Virus record (IMG/VR): IMGVR_UViG_3300044724_001500
Location: 1 to 24,607 of that record
Strand: one strand, 5' to 3'
From: a virus
Lineage: Duplodnaviria; Caudoviricetes
DNA: 24,607 nt
Positions 19,449 through 24,607 of this stretch are shown here, piece after piece (position 1 is the first letter of the stretch; each line of letters begins with the position of its first letter). The position numbers and the translations under genes were made by a program. The notes beneath the pieces were generated by a model. That model made no database searches. It had not been told where the DNA came from and saw nothing but the letters and a program-made list of their open reading frames with translations.

Positions 19449-21356
19449 TTACCTCGTTAATGTCCCGTCAACGTAATTTGGTGTTACTTGGAAACCAACT
19501 CCAGAGATTTGGTCTCCCGAAGAAATGGTGTCCTTCACCATATTTATTGTGCTATTTCCAACATCAAAACTGAGATAGATATCCTTCAGTCCAATGATAT
19601 CGTTAGATAACGGAACAGCTTGAATTTCAATTACTCCATCGTCTTTGGATGTTTCTGTAATTGTCAAGGAGGAGATAAGAATCTCGCCTGTTTCGTAATT
19701 AATCGTTCCCGCATCCCTTTTGACAACAAGAACTTCATCGTTGACTTGGCGAACGATGGAAAGAACTCCTGTCTTAAGATCTGAATTGGGAGTATCTGTA
19801 AAGTATACAGTATCAGCAACACCTAAGATCTTAAATCCTGTACTCTTGATGTTTCTACCAGAAGCAACTGCTCTAAAAGCGTTTCCGTAGCACAATTCGT
19901 ACTGAGCCGTGCGATTTAGTTGAGATCTCAGATCTCTTCTAATAACGACTCTAGTAATATTGGATGTAATCGCATCACTAGTGCCATCAATAACGGAAAG
20001 AACCTTACTGTACTTAAATCTTCCACCAAATTTGTTCAAATCGATAGAAGATGCATATTGGGTAATGCTATCTAAAGTTGTTTTCTTCAGATCTGTAGCA
20101 GAAGTAACCTTACTGGCGTTATAGTAGACAAAAGCATCAATTTCGACGTACAGAATCTTAAGGTCAACGATCTTTTGGTTGATTCCAGCCAAAGAGTATT
20201 GCTTTAACTTTGAAAGGATCAGTTGCTTATTAAATTCTGATACAAATGAACCATTCTTGGGTTTGATGCTGATAATTACGTTACCAAACTCGGGTGGATC
20301 AAGTTCTTCACCACCAACAACAGAAACTGACTCTGTATCGGGATAAATTGTCGAAATAATCGCTTCATAATCCCTCGTTGTAACCGCTCTGTATTGACTT
20401 GAGTAGAGTCTAGGAGCAAAGTACTTGATAGACTCCAAAGTCTCGATCTCAGCGCCTCCCTGGGCGTTTCTAGAGGCAGATACGGTGACTGTTGAGGTTG
20501 GGATGATTGTAGAATCGAGAGAAGATCTCAGATTAGCTGAAAAATCAAATTGTGTAGGTCCGTTTCCATCCAGACCATCAGTTACAATGTACGAACAGGT
20601 AATTACGGTGCCGTTATCAAGTTTTTTACCAAAAATACCGTCACCAAACAGAACTTCGTACTTTTCGTCCTTAACTTCTTGTAAAAGATAGATTTCAGAG
20701 TTGGCGTCAATGTTAAGAATGTTGTCTACAACCGTATATTCTCTTCCGAGACCAGTTTCAGAGGGCCCTTTTATCCTTACTTTGAGTGTTGAGGTATCAA
20801 TGTGGGGATTATTGAGAATAAAACGCTGATCAAGCGATCCATTGACTACAAATTGCTTTGTTAAGTACGTTCCTTGGTAAATTTCTACGTCTGTGAACGT
20901 TGCAAGTCTAGGTCCGTTAGTATCACCAGCTGGATTTGTTAAAGGAGAGGTTGTTGTAACGTCTGCAGGGATAGAAAACATGTATGATGTGTTGTCATAC
21001 GCTCCAACACACACCAAACCTGCCTTCAAAGTGCAAGTTCCGCTCTCTCCGACAAAAGGAACAGTAAAACTAACCGTAGTTTTTGCCGCAGTACGCGATC
21101 TGGGCAAATAACCGATGTTTCTAGCTAAAGAAACGACGTTTTCACGCAAAGTTGCCGAATCCAAGAAGGATTCGTTAGCCACCATGTTGGCATTGAACGC
21201 TGAAATGTAAGTATTATACGCCAGCGTGTCAATTAAGACCGAAAAATTGGACCCTTCAAAGTCAAAATCCGTGAAATTGCTGTTTGCACGGAGATAATCT
21301 TTGATGGATGCCCTAATTTGGTCAAAATCTAGGTTTGCAAACTTAGTGAGTGGCAT
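19449..21356 (-). CDS. gp6: Baseplate wedge subunit (T4 gp6-like), 635 aa
   Basis: LDFDQIRASIKDYLR...FTDFDFEGSNFSVLIDTLAYNT, ESFLDSATLRENVVSLARNIGY, FGDGIFGK and QYRAVTTRDYE are hallmark gp6/baseplate J-like motifs. Confidence 0.95.
   Translation of the reverse strand: MPLTKFANLDFDQIRASIKDYLRANSNFTDFDFEGSNFSVLIDTLAYNTYISAFNANMVANESFLDSATLRENVVSLARNIGYLPRSRTAAKTTVSFTVPFVGESGTCTLKAGLVCVGAYDNTSYMFSIPADVTTTSPLTNPAGDTNGPRLATFTDVEIYQGTYLTKQFVVNGSLDQRFILNNPHIDTSTLKVRIKGPSETGLGREYTVVDNILNIDANSEIYLLQEVKDEKYEVLFGDGIFGKKLDNGTVITCSYIVTDGLDGNGPTQFDFSANLRSSLDSTIIPTSTVTVSASRNAQGGAEIETLESIKYFAPRLYSSQYRAVTTRDYEAIISTIYPDTESVSVVGGEELDPPEFGNVIISIKPKNGSFVSEFNKQLILSKLKQYSLAGINQKIVDLKILYVEIDAFVYYNASKVTSATDLKKTTLDSITQYASSIDLNKFGGRFKYSKVLSVIDGTSDAITSNITRVVIRRDLRSQLNRTAQYELCYGNAFRAVASGRNIKSTGFKILGVADTVYFTDTPNSDLKTGVLSIVRQVNDEVLVVKRDAGTINYETGEILISSLTITETSKDDGVIEIQAVPLSNDIIGLKDIYLSFDVGNSTINMVKDTISSGDQISGVGFQVTPNYVDGTLTR
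19541..19548 (-). promoter_or_regulatory. Putative late promoter AATAAATA inside the gp6 3' end, upstream of gp7
   Basis: Plus strand tatttatt at 19541-19548; 94 nt upstream of the gp7 ATG at 19447. Confidence 0.55.
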
Positions 21357-21359
21357 TTT

Positions 21360-21761
21360 TTATCGGGTCGCTTCTAATATGAAGGTAAATTCTTGTGCTG
21401 TTACTGCTTCACCAACGATATCAAAGGAAACCGTTACCTCAAATTCGTTTTGATCGGGTCTTGGATCTACAGTTACGTTAACATTATCCACTCTAGGCTC
21501 GTATGCGTAGATTACTTCGTAAATTTGAGTCTCAATTGCAGATGCAGTACCGTAATCTACGAAGTCAAATAGTAATCCTGTGACATCTGTACCCAAATTT
21601 GGTTGGAAGAACCTCTCAGTTGGAATGGTTTGAACCAAATTTCTCACTGCACGACGAATCGCGTTCTCATTTTTAAGAACTTGGAGGTCCTTGGTCACAG
21701 GATGTGGCTTGAAGGACAAGTTTATATCTTTGAATGACTTACTTATCCTATTTGTAGCCAT
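21360..21761 (-). CDS. gp25: Baseplate wedge subunit / tail sheath initiator (T4 gp25-like), 133 aa
   Basis: FKDINLSFKPHPVTKD, AIRRAVRNLVQT...ERFFQPNLG and YEPRV are GPW/gp25 family motifs; directly upstream of gp6. Confidence 0.95.
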   Translation of the reverse strand: MATNRISKSFKDINLSFKPHPVTKDLQVLKNENAIRRAVRNLVQTIPTERFFQPNLGTDVTGLLFDFVDYGTASAIETQIYEVIYAYEPRVDNVNVTVDPRPDQNEFEVTVSFDIVGEAVTAQEFTFILEATR

Positions 21762-21782
21762 GGAAAAGACAAGAATCTGACC

Positions 21783-21790
21783 TATTTATA
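21783..21790 (-). promoter_or_regulatory. T4-type late promoter TATAAATA for gp25-gp6
   Basis: Exact consensus 22 nt upstream of the gp25 ATG; overlaps the TAA stop of the 75-aa ORF. Confidence 0.85.
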
Positions 21791-22013
21791 GTGGTTTTCC
21801 GTAACTGGGTTCTGTTCCATACTCCCAGTCGTCATAATCTTCGTCATTTCTGATCTCTTCATGCAGTAAAGTCTGCTTTTTGAGGTCATGTTTATGATCG
21901 CCAACTACTTCTCTGAGCAGTTTATCGCATTTTGGGTCTGTGATGAGGTATTTTGTGCCAAATTCTTCACTCATCATGTCCGAATTGTGGTCGGGAACTG
22001 GATGATTAGACAT
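21786..22013 (-). CDS. Small acidic hypothetical protein, 75 aa
   Basis: Strong Shine-Dalgarno GGAGG 6 nt upstream of the ATG, own late promoter, co-oriented with neighbours; acidic/aromatic C-terminus DEDYDDWEYG. Confidence 0.8.
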   Translation of the reverse strand: MSNHPVPDHNSDMMSEEFGTKYLITDPKCDKLLREVVGDHKHDLKKQTLLHEEIRNDEDYDDWEYGTEPSYGKPL

Positions 22014-22067
22014 TTTAGCCCTCCGTAAAGTTCTTTCAGAGAACTTTTAGAGGGGTTGCTATCCCTT
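22014..22067 (-). promoter_or_regulatory. Structured 5' leader that can sequester the Shine-Dalgarno (candidate cis-regulatory RNA)
   Basis: RNA AAGGGAUAGCAACCCCUCUAAAAGUUCUCUGAAAGAACUUUACGGAGGGCUAAA-AUG: perfect 8-bp stem AAAGUUCU/AGAACUUU, extended by CCCUCU pairing with GGAGGG. Confidence 0.55.
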
Positions 22068-22072
22068 ATTGC

Positions 22073-22080
22073 TATTTATT
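22073..22080 (-). promoter_or_regulatory. Late promoter AATAAATA upstream of the 75-aa ORF
   Basis: Plus strand tatttatt at 22073-22080, overlapping the stop of the 198-aa ORF and immediately upstream of the structured leader. Confidence 0.7.
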
Positions 22081-22672
22081 TTACCCAGAAACCTTTTCGT
22101 AGGTAATCTTTTGATTCTATGAAGCGATATCCATCAAAATTTACTGGTCTATCTCCGTTCCAAACTGGAATTGCTTCGCTATTACCATATCTAAAATCTG
22201 GATTTTGGCGAAAATGTACCTCAATTAGTTTCCCACCTATAAATTCGCAGTTAATCCAGTCATAATGTCCATGTAATTGGTCCAAGATTTCTGGAAATTT
22301 TATTTTTCTATCAATTTTTTCCCATTTTTTCCATCGGTAGAGATCACTTTCTAGATCACGATCACCGATTACTGTCAATTTTTGTTCTTTGTTGTGAAAA
22401 TCTACACTAATGTGGTCTCCTTCAAAGATTTCACACCAAAATTCACTTGGATGATATGACTCTGTGTACTTGTAAATGTATTCTATCCGAGCAAAACGGC
22501 CCATTCCAAGTAAATTCATGCTCGGCCGAACAACATAAAAGTCGGGTTTGGGAACTGTGGTGCCAATAGGACCACAAGTATAACCCAATACCCGACTTAG
22601 CAGTAACTTATTATAAACCCAGAGGTCATGTGGATGAATATAATTCCATTCTTGATCTCCCTCTAGGTACAT
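22076..22672 (-). CDS. Hypothetical protein, probable minimal ATP-grasp fold enzyme, 198 aa
   Basis: Ordered motifs YVVRP..NLLGMG (hhhKP plus Gly loop), FWCEIFEGDHISVD (hhQE.h.G..h.hD) and INCEFIGGKLIEVHFR (hhEhN.R-like metal-binding strand) follow the ATP-grasp pattern. The fold is inferred by eye. Confidence 0.7.
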   Translation of the reverse strand: MYLEGDQEWNYIHPHDLWVYNKLLLSRVLGYTCGPIGTTVPKPDFYVVRPSMNLLGMGRFARIEYIYKYTESYHPSEFWCEIFEGDHISVDFHNKEQKLTVIGDRDLESDLYRWKKWEKIDRKIKFPEILDQLHGHYDWINCEFIGGKLIEVHFRQNPDFRYGNSEAIPVWNGDRPVNFDGYRFIESKDYLRKGFWVK

Positions 22673-22677
22673 AATTT

Positions 22678-22827
22678 TTACTTACCTTGACCTCGATACT
22701 TTTTGCGTGCTTTGTTTCGTGAAGTTGCAGAATAACGAGTATTCTTTGAATTGCCCTGACAAGTCATTTTAGGTTTGCCACCTTGAAACTTGATTGCACT
22801 GGTGCCAACTTTAGATCGTACTGCCAT
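22678..22827 (-). CDS. Small highly basic protein, 49 aa (not in ORF track)
   Basis: Manual translation MAVRSKVGTSAIKFQGGKPKMTCQGNSKNTRYSATSRNKARKKYRGQGK*. The ATG overlaps the upstream stop (TAATG), a GAGGA Shine-Dalgarno precedes it, and it fills the gap almost exactly, ending 5 nt before the next ATG. Confidence 0.8.
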   Translation of the reverse strand: MAVRSKVGTSAIKFQGGKPKMTCQGNSKNTRYSATSRNKARKKYRGQGK

Positions 22828-23042
22828 TAGTCCTCATAAGTAAAGGTTTCATGCCGAAAGGACGAAGGAGCGAACTTCGCCTCTTGAGTCATATAATACT
22901 CTTGGGCATAGTAGTCCATTTTATCCATAAACTGATCCTTTGTCAAGGCCTCATCTACGAGTGTTTCGACGCCGCTTCCGGGGTCACGCTGGTAGATATT
23001 ATAGAACTCCTCCTTGGGAGAGGTACGCTTTCTAATTTCCAT
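22827..23042 (-). CDS. Hypothetical protein, 71 aa (MEIRKRTSPKEEFYNIY...)
   Basis: Same frame as track ORF 22827..23177; the ATG at 23042, 4 nt after the GT stop, avoids a 131-nt overlap and is the more likely start. Confidence 0.7.
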   Translation of the reverse strand: MEIRKRTSPKEEFYNIYQRDPGSGVETLVDEALTKDQFMDKMDYYAQEYYMTQEAKFAPSSFRHETFTYED

Positions 23043-23046
23043 AATC

Positions 23047-23802
23047 TTAAATAACGCGGGGTTTTTCGTGTCCAACACGGATACGAGGATCGCACCAGAT
23101 TTCAAAGCCTGCTTCTTTGGCATCGAGACAGAACGACACGTCTTCGCCGCACATGTCTTGAACAGCACCAGACTCAAAGACTTGCATCTTAGGAGCGAAC
23201 CAGGGATACTTCATCTCAGGATGCTCAAAGACACCGTGCTTGATCAGCAACCATCCGAAACCTGCATAGTCCACGGTGAAGGGTTTGTGACGGTTCTTCA
23301 TCGTCTCCAAGGTCTCGTGATTCATCACACCACCATTCTTGGCGAATGCTTCTTCATCCAACCAATGAGCCACCGAGGAAGTCATGCCATCTTCGGTACA
23401 ATACCAACCAGATGCAATGTCTTGATCCATCAGGACAAGTTGCCAGAACTTCTCTGTGGTAAAGATAATATCCGAGTCAATCCAGAGTTGATAATCATAC
23501 TTCAGTTTGCCGTCCCAGGGAATCTGATCGGGACCGCGCAGCACGTTTGCACCTAAGCACTTACAACGTGCAAAGTTCACCATACTGCTATAATCTTGGG
23601 AGATCTGAATCTGAGCTCCGGCGTGAACAAGATCAAAGCAGAGTTGAACAAAGTTCTTCAGATATGCGTAAGAGACACCTCGACCAGGCAGGCAGAACAC
23701 AATGCTCTTACCATTGACCATCTCTCGTGCTTTATTATAGTCCCATTCAGACTCTGCTTTCTTGATGGGAGTTTTCGCTTTTACTGTAAATCCTTTCGCC
23801 AT
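23047..23802 (-). CDS. Glycosyltransferase-like protein, GT-A fold (GT2-like), 251 aa
   Basis: N-terminal beta strand IVFCLPG, VNFARCK, DxD motif in YQLWIDSDI, AGFGWLLIK..VFE, GEDVSFC, and C-terminal WCDPRIRVGHEK. Confidence 0.8.
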   Translation of the reverse strand: MAKGFTVKAKTPIKKAESEWDYNKAREMVNGKSIVFCLPGRGVSYAYLKNFVQLCFDLVHAGAQIQISQDYSSMVNFARCKCLGANVLRGPDQIPWDGKLKYDYQLWIDSDIIFTTEKFWQLVLMDQDIASGWYCTEDGMTSSVAHWLDEEAFAKNGGVMNHETLETMKNRHKPFTVDYAGFGWLLIKHGVFEHPEMKYPWFAPKMQVFESGAVQDMCGEDVSFCLDAKEAGFEIWCDPRIRVGHEKPRVI

Positions 23803-23825
23803 GAGTAATAGTGTACTTCAAATGA

Positions 23826-23854
23826 ATTATAACTGATAGTATCTATAATGTCAA
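23826..23854 (-). promoter_or_regulatory. Consensus sigma70-type promoter TTGACA-N17-TATAAT for the glycosyltransferase cluster
   Basis: Minus strand TTGACA TTATAGATACTATCAGT TATAAT; -35 at 23854-23849, -10 at 23831-23826, 24 nt upstream of the ATG at 23802. Confidence 0.88.
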
Positions 23855-24033
23855 TACGAGTGTTCTTCACGGTCTGGAAGAACCTCTAAGGGCTGCACTT
23901 CTAGATTCTTTTTTCTTTGCTCAGCGAACCATCCTGGCTTACTGATTAATTCTTCCATTTGTTCGACAGTTAAACTGTGTGCAACCACACCATTCCCGTC
24001 GTATATGTGGAAGATCTGCTCAGTGGTTATCAT
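23851..24033 (-). CDS. Hypothetical protein, 60 aa
   Basis: Co-oriented ORF filling the gap between the AbrB-like gene and the GT gene, with an upstream sigma70-like promoter. Confidence 0.7.
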   Translation of the reverse strand: MITTEQIFHIYDGNGVVAHSLTVEQMEELISKPGWFAEQRKKNLEVQPLEVLPDREEHSY

Positions 24034-24057
24034 GGATATCTCTCTGAATCATACTGT

Positions 24058-24087
24058 ATTATATCAGAAACTCTCGAAATTTTCCAA
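24058..24087 (-). promoter_or_regulatory. Sigma70-like promoter with extended -10 (TTGGAA-N18-TATAAT; TGn-TATAAT)
   Basis: Minus strand TTGGAAAATTTCGAGAGTTTCTGATATAAT; the TGA stop of the AbrB-like gene supplies the TGn motif; 25 nt upstream of the ATG at 24033. Confidence 0.6.
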
Positions 24088-24249
24088 GTCTGTCACGACA
24101 AGTTCATTGCCGTCCTCAGTAATTACTACTTCTGTCCCATCGTACCATCCGAGTTCATTGACAGTACTCTCAGGCAATTTAATCACATAACTTCCATCTA
24201 TCGGATCGACCTCTACGACGGAAATTATGGGTCCGGAATTTTTTTGCAT
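24064..24249 (-). CDS. AbrB/MazE/SpoVT-family DNA-binding protein, ~61 aa
   Basis: GSYVIKLPESTVNELGWYDGTEVVITEDGNELVVT fits the swapped-hairpin pattern G...h.hP..h...Lgh..GD.h.h......hhh. The ATG at 24249 (MQKNSG...) is preferred over the GTG at 24300 because a TATAAT (24280-24275) and a purine-rich GGGAAAAGGGA lie between them. Confidence 0.75.
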   Translation of the reverse strand: MQKNSGPIISVVEVDPIDGSYVIKLPESTVNELGWYDGTEVVITEDGNELVVTDLENFESF

Positions 24250-24371
24250 TCGTGGATCCCTTTTCCCATTTTCGATTATATATGTCTTTCGATAACTCAC
24301 TCGATCTGGGTCGTTTATAGATTAGGGATGTTAGCTGTTTTTAAACAACGCCCGCCGACATATAACAACAT

Positions 24372-24406
24372 AAAAACGGGGCAACTGTCAATAACAACTG
24401 CCCCGT
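24372..24406 (-). terminator. Rho-independent terminator
   Basis: Minus-strand RNA ACGGGGCAGUUGUU-AUU-GACAGUUGCCCCGU-UUUU: 14-bp stem followed by a U-tract, 13 nt after the 54-aa ORF stop. Its three G-U pairs form only on the minus strand. Confidence 0.8.
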
Positions 24407-24412
24407 CTCTGT

Positions 24413-24597
24413 GTATAACTCAGACCTCTCTCCAGAGGTACATCATCTTCAAGTAATCGTCAGACTTAGTGTAACCGAAGGACCTGACTGACTGTGTAGC
24501 CCTACCGATGGCATCTGAATGGACTGACTTACTCTTTGCCCACGTCGGGCGGGTATAAGACTTGGAGGAGACTTGGATGCTCATGGTATAACTCAGA
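24413..24597. repeat. 12-bp direct repeat GTATAACTCAGA (24413-24424 and 24586-24597)
   Basis: Exact copies, each containing the TGA stop of a small minus-strand ORF; the 8-bp core ATAACTCA also occurs at 24292-24299. Confidence 0.75.
24420..24584 (-). CDS. Small hypothetical protein, 54 aa (not in ORF track)
   Basis: Manual translation MSIQVSSKSYTRPTWAKSKSVHSDAIGRATQSVRSFGYTKSDDYLKMMYLWREV*; starts 8 nt after an upstream TGA and is followed by a terminator. Confidence 0.6.
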   Translation of the reverse strand: MSIQVSSKSYTRPTWAKSKSVHSDAIGRATQSVRSFGYTKSDDYLKMMYLWREV

Positions 24598-24607
24598 AGT
24601 TGTTCAG
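24593..24607 (-). CDS. Possible 3' end of an upstream small ORF (...LNNF*)
   Basis: CTG AAC AAC TTC TGA at the window edge, ending in the same repeat as the 54-aa ORF; only 5 codons are visible. Confidence 0.3.
   Translation of the reverse strand: MNNF

Noticed and set aside
249-21111. Numerous plus-strand ORFs of 60-235 aa (e.g. 7151..7858, 12605..13111)
   Set aside because: All lie antisense to long, well-supported minus-strand genes, give Ser/Asn/Ile/Cys-rich or Pro/Thr-rich shadow translations, and show no recognisable motifs.
23043-23177. N-terminal extension of track ORF 22827..23177
   Set aside because: Overlaps the GT C-terminus by 131 nt in another frame; the ATG at 23042 gives a clean 4-nt gap.
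23014-23556. Plus-strand 180-aa ORF
   Set aside because: Almost entirely antisense to the glycosyltransferase; the open frame is explained by that gene's codon bias.
24361-24391. Sigma70 promoter using the TTGACA inside the terminator hairpin
   Set aside because: The hexamers at 17-18 nt spacing (TTGTTA, TGTTAT) are poor -10 matches; the hairpin plus U-tract is better explained as a terminator.
23977-24456. Plus-strand 159-aa ORF
   Set aside because: Crosses minus-strand genes, promoters and the terminator in antisense; no protein-like motifs.
24292-24597. CRISPR-like mini-array or diversity-generating retroelement repeats
   Set aside because: The repeats are only 8-12 bp with 120-170 nt spacing that contains an ORF; no cas or reverse transcriptase gene, and no long near-identical repeat pair seen.

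Overview
This window is part of a T4-like cyanomyovirus genome (Kyanoviridae-type gene order), and every credible gene lies on the minus strand. In transcription order (right to left) it starts with the tail of a small-ORF array closed by a Rho-independent terminator (~24372-24406). Next comes a compact accessory cluster: an AbrB/MazE-like DNA-binding protein, a 60-aa ORF, a GT-A glycosyltransferase-like protein under a perfect sigma70 promoter, a 71-aa ORF, a 49-aa very basic peptide, an ATP-grasp-like enzyme, and a 75-aa acidic peptide whose leader can fold over its own Shine-Dalgarno. The late baseplate block follows: gp25, gp6, a giant 4247-aa gp7, gp8, and a VrlC/DUF4815-type virion protein running off the left edge (absent from the ORF track). 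T4-type late promoters (NATAAATA) precede most late genes, two of them inside the upstream coding sequence. The best candidates for undescribed biology are the switch-like RNA leader and the GT + ATP-grasp + small-peptide cluster next to the baseplate genes. Family assignments come from motif recognition and synteny only; no searches were run.
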